Positions 1 to 13,639 of a stretch of DNA of 64,000 nt are shown here, piece by piece. Under the pieces are notes generated by a model. The model was not told the DNA's origin, did not search any database, and worked only from the letters and a program-made list of their open reading frames with translations. Position 1 is the stretch's first letter. Each line of letters starts with the position of its first letter. The stretch is from NCBI GenBank assembly GCA_030390025.1, contig CM059432.1:105278001-105342000 (forward strand). The letters run 5' to 3'. The stretch is from Squalus acanthias (taxonomy: Eukaryota). The position numbers and the translations under genes are program-made.

Positions 1-439
1 AATGGCAAAGAACAAAAGAGAGAAAGGCATTTCAGAAGTAATTTTAGTAAAAAGCAAGTCACAGCTCATGCAAAATTACTCTCCTTGAAACTCAGCATGA
101 AATGACAGCAAGTTAAGTAGGTTATTTATTAAAAAAAAACAACTAGAAAAGGCTGCAATTACCTTCATTTGTTATGCCATACAACAGGAAAAAAACAATG
201 GGGATGGGGGAGGAGAAATTAAGAAAGAGACATCACAGCTTTTATGGTATTGGGCTAGCATCCCAGAAGTTACAAGACCAAATCTCACCATAATTTATTC
301 CCTTGTAATCTATGCACTTAGTGTTCAATTGTGCGAATTTTCTAATTTTTCACACATTTTATTTGCCCTGAATTTGCGGTCGGCGGCGTATGCCTCCGAC
401 CCGCGAAACATCTACGAGTGAAACTGAATTCAATAAACC

Positions 440-675
440 TGGTAACTTGTTATTTGGCACCAGAAATGGCCATGAAGGCTGCTGAAATGTCAAAAACCCC
501 AACTGGTTTGCCAAAGTCCTTCAGGGAAGGGAACCTGCTACCCCTACCGGGTCTGACCTTTGAGACTCTAGACCCACACTACGTAGTTGACTGTTGATAC
601 CTTCAGGGCAACCAGGAATGGTAATTAATATTGGTTTGCTAGTGTTGCCCACATCCCAAGAACAAATTACAAATA
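440..675 (+). mobile_element. Degenerate SINE fragment sharing the 3' tail of LINE family A
   Basis: AAAAACCCCAACTGGTTT..CCTTCAGGGAAGG..GCCCACATCCC matches the copies at 27665-28045 (reverse strand) and 13330-13510. Confidence 0.6.
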
Positions 676-2329
676 AAATCAGACCCTTCAGGAGCCACAA
701 GGCAGAACCAAACTGCCTTTCTGTATCTATCCAGATGTCCATCCTTTGTTCTACGAAAGGCACCAAAAACCTAGCACCATAAAGAATAATAAAACACAGA
801 AATATCAATTAATTGGAGCCCGTTTCAAGCATGAGGCTCCAATCATGTGGTACTAAGTTGCACAAACTAACAGCAACAGCAAGAGAAAGGCAAAATGTGT
901 CATCATGGTTGATACCCTTCCAGATTTCAGCCAAGGGCAGGTTTTGCAAAAAGCTGCTTTTACAGATATGCCCACTTTACCATTCCAAGGAAGTGTTTTT
1001 TAAAAAAAATGAAGTATTGTACAGAATAGGTTGACCAATGTAGTGTGCGACTTTGCTAAAGAGCAATGCAGAATTACATCCTAGATGTTAATCAGTGCAG
1101 ACCTGAAGTGTATTTGTAAAGTATTTATTTTCCAGCAACATGCTTCATCTTGAACTATACAATATTTGACAGGTAAAAATCATTGTTAAAAAATCCAAAT
1201 CGAATCTACAACATTGTAACGATGTTGAATAAAGTAAATTATTTCTCAACAATGCATAGTACGTCATAATCAGAACACTGCCTTGAATAGAGTACTTAGT
1301 CACCTATACATTGCTTGAAAACTATACAGCTTTTTCTATTTGACTTCTGGAATATTTTTGTTCAAAGTGAATGAATCAAGGGAATAGACTTGGGAGGAAT
1401 TACTGAACTTAATAATGTGCAGGAGTCTTCAAGGACAAAAAAAAGGAGGTTTCTGTCTAGTTATACAATACACCTTTCCTTCTTCTAAGGGAAGTGTACA
1501 TCAAGATCATCCAGTCTTTAGCAGAAAGCTTCTGGATGATTAATGTTCTACATAACGGCCTTCATTTCAAGCATAGCATGACTAGTTGTACATTTTGGCA
1601 GTGAAAGAAATGAAGGTTCTTTGCCATCTTCACTGAAGCAGCATCTCTAATTCAGTATTGTATCACATAATAATGAGATCACAGATGAAGTGGTTGCCAC
1701 TCGGGAGTCACCATTCTAAGCTGCCTCTTTATATAAATCATGCCCAAATATCCCCATGGGCTACATCAATTTAAAACATCAAGAAACATGCAAAAAATTC
1801 AGCCATTAGTTATTCTCAGAGTGGAGCAATTTCCCTTTAGGGTAGCAGAAACCTAGTAATGATTAAAAACATTAATCTTCTCAGCTGTGAGGCCAAAGGG
1901 GGTGTAAATGGACTCCATAAATGATCCAAAGTTATATCATTCTTGGTTTTGGTTAACTGCTTTGGATAACCACTTTTGAAAAGTTGTTAGAGAAAAAGTG
2001 TGTGGTACAGAAGTGGGATTAAGACAAGAGTTGGAACACAATTTCTTTTTAAAGGTATAGCCACTCCAAACATTCTTAAAAATCTGTCAAACTGCATTAA
2101 TGCTCAGTATTTCATCTCTACCTGTCAAAGAACTACTGATCCACTCTATTTCCAAGGTAGAGGAATGCGGGTCGAATGCAAACATCCCAAAGAGCAACTT
2201 CCCAATACATTTTTCCTTCTTTTCTTTTTGCGACTCAAACATTAAGAACCGATACAGTTCAAGGACAAATCTAGTAGCGCAAAACTAGGCATTCGTGAAG
2301 ATGTTGCGGATCATCAGAATTGTATACCA

Positions 2330-5150
2330 TGACAATCTAACCTCATGCCTGGCACATCCTTCACTCCATCAAGCCACAAGACCAACCCTGGATTCAATGG
2401 GAAGTGTAGAAAAGCCCGTTAGGAACGGCATCTATGAATGAGGCATCAACCTGGAAGCTACCACACAGCTACCCGTTACTGAACACCAAAAGCAACAGGC
2501 TATAAACAGAGCGAAGAAAAATCTAGTCCTACCACATCCAGTCAAGAATGGTGGAGAATATCCAGGAAACTAACAGGATGAGGAGAGACCATGGGGGAGA
2601 AATTCAGTATCGCCCCACTTGGGGCTCAATTATCGGCCAGGCGCAAAGATTAGCGCCTGGCGCTAATTATCGCCTCCGACTGCAAACTTGACTTTTATCG
2701 CCCCTGGAGGTGATTGGAGCGCTAAATCAGGCGCTACACATCTGTCTTAAGGCGCAAAGGCTGAGGAGCAAGGCGCTAACTCAGAGCGCTGGCGAAGCTC
2801 ATGTGATGTCAGTCAGCAACGGAACACAGACACTATGGCGCCGGACAGTTCTTAAAGGGGAGGGTTGATCTTGATTTCCATCCACATCCTGCTCATTGCA
2901 GCCTTGAATCTCGGCCTGGAGAGACCTGTACATCAAATCTGCTGGGAAGAACAATGGAGAGAACCAGGGAAAGAGCTTAGAGTGCAGCCCCCACAGTCTC
3001 TTCTAAATCGATACAAGGAAGGGCAAATCAAAATGAACCTGCAAAGTGCTGCTCAGTACCCAAAACTCCTTCACACAGCGTTAAATCTCTCCAGAAGTCT
3101 CTCTCTCTCTGAATGCGTGGTTCAAAAATGTCACCAACCAAAAAAGGCAGGAAGCGGTCGCCTTTAAATAGCACCCCAAGTCCCTTCCTGACTGCAAAAC
3201 GCTCCCCTCAACCTGTCGTTGCTAGCAGCAGGTGGTAAGGCAGGGGGTGCCACTCAATATCTGCTCCGGGGCGCTGCGCACTCGACTGATGTCACGATCT
3301 GCCGGCGCAGGAGATCGTGGCGGTAGTGTTTAGCGCCACCGCAAAATGTCTAGTTAATTTTGCGAGCAACGCAAACATCGCCGCGCCCGGGCGCTAGTTG
3401 CTTTGCACCCCATTAGCGCCCTCTTAAGGCGCTAACGGGAGGCGCAACCAGCTGAATTTTTCCCCCCATATGTCCATCCTCAATCATGGTGGAACCCAGC
3501 ATATGAGTGCAAGATGCAAGGCTGAAGTTTTTTTCAAGTTTCTTCAGCCAAAAATGCTTAGTGAATGAGTCTACTTGGTCTCCTCCCAATGTTCCCACCA
3601 TCACAGATGCTTGTGTCGGGCCAATTTCGCTCATTCCACAGGTCATTAATAAGTGGCTGAGTGCACTGGGCACAGAAATGGCTATGAGCCCTGACAGCAT
3701 CCCAGCTGTAGCACTGCAGACTAGCTGCTTCCCCTAGCTAAGCTGTTCCAATACTGTTATGTCATTGGTATCTATCAATCAAAGTAAAAGATTGCCCAGG
3801 TATATCCTATCCACAAAAAAAAGGGAGGTTAATGGCTGGGTTTGATTTATCCTATCAGCCTTCTCCCAATCATTGGTAAAGCGATGAAAGGAGTCAGCAA
3901 CAGTGTGATCAAGTGGCACATTCACCAATAGCCTGCTCATCAACACTCAGTTCTGGTTTCATCAGAACCACTTAGCTCCAGACCCCAGTAAAGCTTTAAT
4001 CCAGACATGGATGAAACAGCTGAATACCAAAGGAGGAGAAGCGAGAAGAGTAGATGCCCTCAACATCAATGCAGCATTTCACCAAGTATGAAACAAAAGA
4101 GCTCTAGCAAAACTTGGTCAATGGGCAAAATACTTCCTCTGACTTCAGTCATAACTGACACAAAACAAAGATGGTTGTGATTATTGGAGGCCATTCACCA
4201 CAGCCCAGGACACTGCTGCAGGGAAGCATTCCTGACCCAACCATTTTCAGCTACTTCAATGACCTTCCCTATATCATGTCAGAAGTAGGGATGTTCGCTG
4301 ATGGTTTTATAGTATTCAGCTCCATTCACAACTCCTCCAATAATGAAGCAGACCATACCAGGCTCCAGCAGAACCCAGATAACATCTAAGCTTAGGCTGA
4401 CAAATGGCAGGTAACATTCATACCTCATGTGCCAGGCAATGATCATCTTGAACAAGAGGAAGCTCAACCATCTCTCTCTGACCTTCAATTGACACCATTG
4501 CCAAATCCCCACCAATATCTTGGGGTCACCGCTGACCAGAAGCTTAACTCGATTAGCTACAATCAACATTGCAGCTACAAGAGCAGGGCAAAGGCTGTGC
4601 ACTCTCCTCATTTTTTTCTTCTTCAAATCTCCACCATTTACAAGGCTCAAGTCAGGAGTGTGATGCAATATTTACCACTTGCCTGGATGGGTGCAGCTGC
4701 AATAAAAATAGCTCAACACCATCCAGGACAGAGACACTCACCTGATCAGTCCCCATGCCAATGGATTGAATATTCACCCCATCCACCACCTGTGGCACTG
4801 TGGCTACAGTATATACTATCTTCAGGATGCAGTCCAGCAACTCATCAAGCTTTCTTTAACAGCACTTTCCTCCCCAGTGATCGTTACCACCAAGAAGGAC
4901 AAGAGCAGCAATGTTGTGGGAACACAATCACGCCAAAGTCACATTATCCTGACTTCGACATATATTGCTGTTCCTTCATCATATGGGTCAATATCCTGGG
5001 AGTCCCTACCCAATATCATCATAAGAGCACCATCACCACAAGGACTACAGTGATTCAAGGGGAAGGCCCACCACCGCCTCCTCAGGGCAACTAGGGAAGG
5101 GCTATAAACGTGGTCTTGACAATGTCACCTAATCCCAAGAACAAATTAAA
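2330..5150 (+). mobile_element. Old degenerate non-LTR retrotransposon (LINE family A, CR1/Jockey-group RT), interrupted by a MITE
   Basis: Colinear similarity to the younger copy at 5270-6710 (GMFAD motif, STIYKAQVRSVM, same 3' UTR); many stops and frameshifts. Confidence 0.75.
2593..3466. mobile_element. Harbinger-type MITE
   Basis: TIRs GGGGGAGAAATTCAG / CTGAATTTTTCCCCC, 3-bp TSD CAT/CAT, repeated subterminal GGCGC(T/A)AA motifs. Confidence 0.8.
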
Positions 5151-5269
5151 AAAATTGAACTTAAAGCAATGGCTATCTGGGGTAGAACACAAGACCAGAT
5201 CAGGAATTCCTTAAAAGGGAAAGGAAAGAAAGTATTTACGAGACGTACAATGTCAAATTGAATATCCGC

Positions 5270-6710
5270 CCAATTCAATGTGGAAAACTGCCCAGGTAGG
5301 TCCGGTCCACAAAAAGCAGGACAAATCCAATCCGGCCAATTACCGCCCCATCAGTCTATTCTCAATTATCAGCAAAGTGATGGAAGGTGTCATCAACAGT
5401 GCGGTCAAGCGGCACTTACTCACCAATAACCTGCTCACGGATGCCCAGTTTGGGTTCCTCCAGGACCACTCGGCTCCCGACCTCATTACAGCCTTGGTCC
5501 AAACATGGACAAAGGAGCTGAATTCCAGAGGTGAGGAGAGAGTGACTGCCCTTGACATCAAGGCAGCATTTGACCGAGTGTGGCATCAAGGAGCCCTAGA
5601 AAAACTGAAGTCAATGGGAATCGGGGGGAAAACTTTCCACTGGCTGGAGTCATACCTAGCACAAAAGGAAGATGGTTGTGATGGTTGGAGGTCAATCATC
5701 ACAGCCCCAGGACATCACTGCAGGAGTTCCTCAGGGCAGTGTCCTAAGGCCCAACCATCTTCAGCTGCTTCATCAATGACCTTCCCTCCAACATAAGGTC
5801 AGAAATGGGGATGTTTGCTGATGACTGCACAGTGTTCAGTGCCATTCCCAACTCCTCAGATAATGAAGCAGTCCATGCCCGCATGCAACAAGACCTGGAT
5901 GACTTTCAGGCTTGGGCTGATAAGTGGCAGGTAACATTCGCACCACACAGGTGCCAGGCAATGACTATCTCCAACAAGCGAGAGTGTAACCATTGCCCCT
6001 TGACATTCAACAGCATTACCATCACCAAATTCCCCACCACTGGGGGGTCACCATTGACCAGAAACTTAACTGGACCAGCCACATAAATACTGTGGCAACA
6101 AGAGCAGGTCAGAGGCTGGGTATTCTGCGGCGAGTGTCTCACTTCCTGACTCCCCAAAGCCTTTCCACCATCTACAAGGCACAAGTAAGGAGTGTGATGG
6201 AATAAACTCCACTTGCCTGGATGAGTGCTGCTCCAACAACATTCAAGAAGCTAGACAACCTTCCAGGACAAAGCAGCCTGCTTGATTGGCACCCCATCCA
6301 CCACCTTAAACATTCACTCCCTTCACCACCGGCGTACTGTGGCTGCAGTGTGTACCATCTACAAGATGCACTGCAGCAACTCGCCAAGGCTTCTTTGGCA
6401 GCACCTCCCAAACCCACGACCTCTACCACCTAGGAGGACAAGGGCAGCAGGTGCAAGGGAACACCACCACCTCCAAGTTCCCCTCCAAGTCAGACACCAT
6501 CCTGACTTGGAAGTATATCGCCGTTCCTTCATCGTCACTGGGTCAAATTCCTGGAACTCCCTCCCTAACAGTACTGTGGGAGTACCTTCACCACACGGAC
6601 TGCAGCGTTTCAAGAAGGCGGCTCACCACCACCTTCTCAAGGGCAATTAGGGATGGGCAATAAATGCTGGCCTTGCCAGCAACGCCCAGATCCCTTGAAC
6701 GAATATTAAA
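5270..6710 (+). mobile_element. 5'-truncated LINE family A (reverse transcriptase pseudogene plus 3' UTR)
   Basis: RT motifs NYRPISL, QFGF, LDIKAAFDRVWH, FADD spread across frameshifted ORFs 5278-5796, 5805-6086 and 5993-6205. Confidence 0.9.
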
Positions 6711-8461
6711 AATATTGTGTTGAATGGAAATCAATCACTATAACTGCTTGGACTGCAGTGGTTTCTAATCTAGATTGATGATCTAGATATATAGAAACCA
6801 AGTACAAGGTTGCCAAGTTTGCTGAATACACTGAAAGAGTGAGCAGTAGGAGACAGAGGATGCAGAAATGAGCTATAGAATTTAGATCAGCTATACAATG
6901 AGGCAGACAAATGTCAAATTCAATTTAAAGTTGTTAAATGAAAAGTCTTTGTTTTTTTGTTGAAAACATTTCCATGGTTGGTTGTACTCGTAAATATAAA
7001 AAAAGTGATCCAACTCAATTTGTTCTGACAGCAAATTAGGGAATGCTCCAAATGCTTTAAGGGGAGAGTCAAGATGATTGAGAAATTAGTTTTAATGGTG
7101 CTAACTCAGTCCTCCTAGTTGAATTACCAAGCTAGGTGGTGCTGTAACAATATTAAATTACATATATTTGATTGGCTGGAGTGTATGATGTGACGCAGTC
7201 TTCCCAGTGGTGACACTTGGACCCACCCACAATTTTCTGCCATGTCTACCAACATTTTCACCATCCTCCCACACCTTGTTCAAATTTGGATCCCACGGTC
7301 GTCAGTTCCTTCCCCGCCCCACCCACCTCGGTTTCTCTATCTGCCCACTATTTGCCACCAACTGTCCACTGCTCATTTCAAACCTTGGCTTATCCACACT
7401 CCCTCTCCTGCTGCTGCCTCTGCATGCTCCCTCCTGTTGACTCATCATGCCTTTGGCCTCAAGCCTCCAATATCCTCCTCCAGGCCTCAGTTCACCCACC
7501 CACCCACCCCACCAGTTGCTTTTCTGCTGCAGGCCAACCTTCTACCTACCCATCTTATCCTTGGATTTATACTAGTTCCCTGACATTACACCCACCCCAG
7601 ACATCACAAACCCCCTGCTGGATTATTTTTTTCCTTGATATTTGCCCACTGAAACCCCTATTTTCTCCAGTGCTTGGTTTGTCTATTATATTTCCTAGCT
7701 TTGACAATTGTAAAGAGATTCTACCTCATGGTGGAAAAGGAATGCTCAGATTGTGGATTTAGTAACGCTACTATCCACTGCTAGACGGCAGGCCGGGCAA
7801 GTATAAAAAGACAAACTAGATAGTGGAGGAAAGAGAGTTTTAGCACACAAGGATGCAAATGAATGGAAAATGGGACCAGGATTTCAATGGGACAGATAAC
7901 CAGAGCTCATTGGCCAGATATGGCTTGCGGGCCCTAGTTTTGACATCCAGAATTACATAATTGATGATGGGTCTGAAGTTGGGAAGTGAGAGACAATATC
8001 AAAATGTGATAACATTAAATTGGGCGCTGTGGCAAATTGACAAGGATTGTATAAAATTGCAGCAGAGATAGGCAGATTAGTAGATAGGTGGCAGACACAG
8101 TTTAACATAAACAAATGAAGTAATATATTTTGGAATTCCAATTAGGGAAAAGAAAATGGTCTCACAGCACAAAACTGTTGACAATTCAGTTAAAATTGCC
8201 AACCTCACTCAAAAAGGACATCAGGTACGAGGAAAGCAAATAGTCTGGTGCAGTAAACTGTCCAACATTTGGTGTTAAAGCACACTATTGAGGTAGGTAG
8301 TGGCAAATTCGTTTTGCATCTGCCTGTGCAACATTAACCTTGGAATGAGGGTTGCCCACAATATAGTTTTGAAAATCTATTTTTAATTCACAGATTATTC
8401 ATGGTGGTGTATTTTTTAATGTCTGATCCTAATGCTAAAGATATTTACAGGGACATATAAT

Positions 8462-9230
8462 GGGCCAAAAATTCGGCCCTTCCCGGGTGAGTACATAGTC
8501 CGTTCTCACCCGTAATGCGGTCCGGAAGTTCTGGTTTCCCGCGCATGCGCAGTGCATGCGCGGGAAACCGGAACTTCTGGTATGGTGAAGGGGGCAGTTC
8601 CTAGGTGAACCGCGTGTGCGGTAGAGGCTGCGCGCACACAGCAAACTTAGATTTTTTTTGAGGTTTCTATGCGAGGGTAAGTAGTGAAGAAACTACGCTA
8701 TTAAAAAGGAGGCGCAGGACCCGTTTTCCACAAGGTAAGTGGTTAATTAAGTATAATTTAAAAAAAATTTCAACAGGTTTATCTTTTTTTTTAGATACTT
8801 TAAAGAAAGGTAAGTTTATTTTTATCACTTTTAAAAAGTATTTTAATTTTTTCAAAAATTTAAATTTTGTTTAAAGTGGTTAATTTATTTAACTATAGTT
8901 ATTTTATAAATGTGGTGGTTTTTAAAAAAAATTATTTTAAGTTTAGCTGTTCTTTTGGGGCCGATTTCAATTCACAGATTTGACAGGTCTCCTGTCAAAT
9001 CTATGAATGAAAGATGGTCTGCTGCCATTGGCTCTCCATGGCCCACGTGATCCCAGGGGACGCATTGCACTAACTACGCCCCTAGGACACGCAAGCACTG
9101 CGCGCCGGCTCTTGGAGCAGGACCAGGAGCTGAAGTTCCCATGGGCCCAAAACACAACGGCAGGCGCGGTAGGTAAGAGCGCGCGCGATCCTTACCCCCG
9201 CGGCAAGCCGGAGAGGCGAATTTCTGGACC
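8462..9230. mobile_element. Harbinger-type MITE, family M1
   Basis: TIRs GGGCCAAAAATTCG / CGAATTTCTGGACC, flanks AAT/ATT; AT-rich core homologous to 34932-35662 and 45177-45918. Confidence 0.85.
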
Positions 9231-10091
9231 ATTGCCTTAAAGTCCTATATTTTAAAAAATTCAATCACCTAATTAGGATTTGAAATTATTTTTGTCTAAT
9301 GTGAGCCATTACAGTGGCAGATTTCTTCAAATCAAAAATGTTTTGATACAGTACAACTTCCCAACTGTCTTCTGGTGTGCTGGAGTTATACCAAGGCTTT
9401 ATTTCTAAAATAATGTGACCTTTCACAATATATTACTATCACCTGTCAGAGTAGCTATCCGGCAGCTTTGAGCAAACCTTTCGAGGATTAGTACCTCAGG
9501 TCTGCTATGGCCAAATACCTTGCACAAGACACAGTGAAAAAGTTTCAGTTGAAGGAAGACCTTTCAACACCCTTTGCCATCACTGGGTACTCAATAATGG
9601 TTGAGACAGAAAACATGATCAATTGAACCATCAATAAAACAGTCTTTGTAAAAGATTTTCAACTAATTTAAATGATCAACTGGACACATTTCTGGAGAGA
9701 GAGAGAAGAGAGATTGAGGGATAAGGTTAGGGTGACAGGTAGTGAAGAATTATTTGTTAAAAAAAAAATGGTTGGGCTTGTTTGGGTCTCTCCTGTTCCT
9801 ATTACTAATTTTGTTGGCAAGTTTGGACATCAACTGTGTGATGACTTGGTCCATTGAGTTAGCTTCAACCAAATTTTAAAAATACTGTAGGAGCGAGGTA
9901 AGGCAAGTTTGGGTTCCCAATTTTAAAGCACCATGGAGTAGGGAAACTTTTTTGCATAAGTATAGGGTAGGGCTCAAGAGATCAAGACTCCAGTTACATT
10001 CCCTCTATATCCTGTCAAGTTTATGCAATGAATAATGGGCAAATAGAATTCCCCATGCTGTTCATGCCCTTAGGAGTTAGAGAGAGTCTTA

Positions 10092-10671
10092 GGGCTGGAT
10101 TTTCCAAGCCCCGAGGTGGCGGGCCAGTCAGTAAACTCGGAGAAAGTGGGGGCGGATGGCAAAGCCGCCCCCATCCCGCCTCTGTGACCTTTTGCCAGGA
10201 GGCGGGAAGATGTACAGCTTCGGGTCCCGTCTCCTGGAGGCAGGAAAGGCATTTAATCCTTTTAACTGCCTGTTAACAGGCAGAAAAAAGGATTACTGCC
10301 ATTTTACCTTCACGGGTGAAGGCTTCCCGACCTCGGAGAACCCCGCCGGGTTGGAGGCGACGTGAAGGAGGTCTGCGGCGGTCGGAGGCACCTGGAAGTA
10401 AGGTTTAGAGGTGAGTGATGAGTATGCAAGGAGTGTTTGACAGCTTCACAGAGCTGTCAAACGCTGACATTTTTTCTTTGAAGAAGTCTTGACAGATAGC
10501 ACGTCTGACGTGATCTATCAGTGACTTCCTCCCTGATTGGCCTGCTGAGCCCACAGGGCGGACTTAACAAGCTCAATCAGGGGAAAATCCCTCTGGTTGG
10601 TCAGGCGAGGATGGAGGTGGGACATTAACACGACAAGCAGCTGTCCCGCCTCCATTCACAAAATCCAGCCC
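10092..10671. mobile_element. Harbinger MITE with the same TIR as the element at 52204-56168
   Basis: Perfect 12-bp TIR GGGCTGGATTTT / AAAATCCAGCCC; flanks TTA/AAA (imperfect TSD). Confidence 0.8.
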
Positions 10672-10672
10672 A

Positions 10673-10990
10673 AAGAATCTTACATCACAGAAGGAAGCCA
10701 TTCGACCTATCGTGCCTGTGCCAGCTCTTTGAAAGAGCTATTCAATTAGTCCCATTCCAGTCCCACCGCCTCGCTCTTTCCCCATAGTCCTACAAATGCT
10801 TCCTTTTCAAGTATATATCCAACTCCCTTTTGATAGTTTCTATTGAATCAGCTTCCACCACCCTTTCAGGCAGTGCATTCCAGATCATCATAGCTCTCTG
10901 TATAAAAATATTTCTCATCTCCCCTCTGATTCTTTTGCCAATTACCTTAAATCTGTGTCCTCTGGCTATATCCCACCCACCAATGGAAAC
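10673..10990 (-). mobile_element. CR1/HER1 LINE 3' fragment
   Basis: Reverse complement resembles the end of CR1 ORF2 and 3' UTR; a similar short piece lies at 40093-40205. Confidence 0.6.
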
Positions 10991-11216
10991 AGTTGCTCTG
11001 TATTTATCAAAATCTTACATCATTTTGAACAAGGAGTAAAGGTTTTAGTGCCAAAAGCCTGGATGGAATTAGATTGCACATCACAATTGTTGAAATTGCA
11101 GTTTAAATGGATATTAAAAAGTCAGTATTCATATGAAAAGGCCCCTTAGATTTTCATGCTTGTCCCAAAACAATAGTCCGTAGGTGAATGGAGAATTAAA
11201 TGGGTTAAAATGCATT

Positions 11217-11941
11217 GGGCCGGATTTTGCGGTGGGTAATGACAGCGAAAGGTCAGCATTCACCATTATTACTCCTCTAAAACTGACCGCAACTTCAGGA
11301 TTTAGCGCATGCGCATCCCAACGCGGAAATCCTGAAGTAGCGGTGAGTCATTCACTGCTCCAACACCAGCTGTGCTGTGGACCCCATCATAGCCAGCAAT
11401 CAGTGTAATCAATGAAATCAGTGGAACTGACAAACTTGGGCTTCTCCACACTAATATCACTGTTAAATAATCCATTAAATGTTAAGCCTTGTTGAAATAA
11501 CTGTGGTATTAACTGCTAAACAACCGTTCTGGCCCTGAAAAACTAATTTTTATACTTGTGGAGTGTCAAATTTTTCCATTATGATAAAAATGTTATACTT
11601 TAAAAAAGAGTTTGCTCATGATATTTCAGCTGCTAGCTTAACCCGTGTGAAAGTTTTAATCTTTATTTCGCTTTCTGCAACCTTTTTAAAAAGTGCAGAT
11701 AATCAGTGCTTTTCATTTCCTGATTTGCTGTCTGAGAATTCTTCAGTGTGATTGGGTGGTTAGACAGCTTGTTGACGTCACTGCAGCTCTTCGATGGAGA
11801 TTCCCATTACACAGCACTAAAATCAATTGCACGTCGAGAAAGGCAATGTTCTCGCCACAAAGGTCGCGAGATCTCTGTAGGCAGCTTTCTTCGAGGTCAG
11901 TGCGAACGCCTTCGCTTCACCGCTGACCCCAAATTACAACC
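11217..11941. mobile_element. Harbinger-type MITE (older)
   Basis: Imperfect TIRs GGGCCGGATTTTGCGGT / ACCCCAAATTACAACC, TSD ATT/ATT, GC-rich ends with an AT-rich core. Confidence 0.65.
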
Positions 11942-11991
11942 ATTAGTATGGAATTTTCCAGTAGCATACTGACCCTCATGTCTGAAAGCGC

Positions 11992-12416
11992 CTTTCGATC
12001 AGCTCCGATGGACGGGTCACATCGTCCGCATGCCCGATACGAGACTCCCAAAACAAGCTCTCTACTCGGAGCTCCGACACGGCAAGAGAGCCCCAGGTGG
12101 GCAGAGGAAACGCTTCAAGGACACCCTCAAAGCCTCCTTGAAACCTGGGAATCCCTGGCCCAAGACTGCACAAAGTGGAGGAGAAGCATCCGGGAAGGGC
12201 CGAACACCGAGTCTCTTCGCCGGGAGCAAGCGGAAGCCAAGCGCAAACAGCGCACATCAACCCAAGCACCCCACCCACCCGCCCCTTCAACCACCGTCTG
12301 CCCCACCTGTGACAGAGACTGTAAGTCCCGCATTGGACTCATCAGTCACCTTAGAACTCATTTTTAGTGTGGAAGCAAGTCATCCTCGGTTCCAAGGGAC
12401 TGCCTAAGAAGAAGAG
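11992..12416 (+). mobile_element. RTE-clade LINE 3' fragment
   Basis: MPDTRLPKQALYSEL..GGQRKRFKDTLK and C-terminal CPTCDRDCKSRIGLISHLRTH; (AAG)n tail; nearly identical to 45930-46385 on the reverse strand. Confidence 0.9.
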
Positions 12417-12686
12417 GATTACATTCAAATGATGTATGAAAACTATATTTTCAGCCGGATTATTTCCAGAGCATTTAGTTTTTGGAAGATCTTCTACTTG
12501 AGTTCTATTAATTTGATCAAATTTGTTCTCTTGGGACTTTCTACCCGAGGGCAACACATTAATTGTCCATCATTTTCTGATAAGGTAACTACTTTACAAT
12601 AAGAATGCATCAAGATAAAACAGTAGACATTTGCTGTATCGATTTTAAGTTACATAAAAGAATCAAGATTTTGGATAATGGTCATG

Positions 12687-12687
<1 letters not shown>

Positions 12688-12724
<37 letters not shown>
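12688..12724. repeat. (CA)n microsatellite
   Basis: About 18 CA units seen directly. Confidence 0.95.
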
Positions 12725-12727
<3 letters not shown>

Positions 12728-13639
12728 CTTGCATCACGTTTTCTGCTCTCCCCAAATCATGCATTAAGTGCATCGGAAGCAGACAATTAAGGCCTTTGGC
12801 AATAAGGAGGTAAACTGTCCAGAGTTAACACAAGACCAATTAGTGACCATTCCCACCCTCCCCACTTGGGGGTAAACACCTGGCCTCTGCTTCGCATCTC
12901 CTACTGCAGCACATCCAAAATTGACAACTCACTGGTATCAGCATTACTTGTGCAAACTCACATCCCACTACTGCAGCACCACACACACTCAGTTCCACCA
13001 TGCTGCCAGTTAGCTCATTTCTGAATTTTGTATGTATAATGGGTGTCAGCTATTCAAATGGAAAAATTACAGGGGGCTTTTCCCTTTAAAATAGAAAATA
13101 GCTCAAGTTAACTGGTACACTATACAGCACATTTCGACTCTGGTGACCTTTCTACAAATGCTATTTTATTTAGCCCCCAATCACACATGCTCGGTTACTG
13201 GCACATGTAGGTAGGGCTTCTGAAGAAGTGGCTCTGTAAGCATCACCACCTCATTGATTGGGAGAGAGCCTCTACTGAAAAAGAATGTTCCAGACTTTCA
13301 GCAGGTCCCAATAAAAGATAGACAAGTGAAGCACCACTCTAATGTCCTTCAGGGAAGGGATCTGCTAAACCAACCCAGTCTGGCTTACATGTGACTCCAG
13401 TCCCACATTATGTGGTTAATTCACAATGCCTTGTGCTGAAGACAAAGCACCCACCATCACCTTCTGAAGACAACTAGGAATGGGCAATAAATACCACATT
13501 GCCAGCATTGTGGGTAAACAGAAGGAGAATATTTGAAAAGCAGTTAGAACAAATAAAACATAATTCCGTTCAGTGCAAGAATAGGATTTCACACACACAC
13601 ACACCACCCGCCCCCCCCCCCCCCCCCCCCCCACCCTCG

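Noticed and set aside
7207..7762. Overlapping Pro/Ser-rich ORFs
   Set aside because: Pyrimidine-rich low-complexity sequence with no recognisable domain or splice support.
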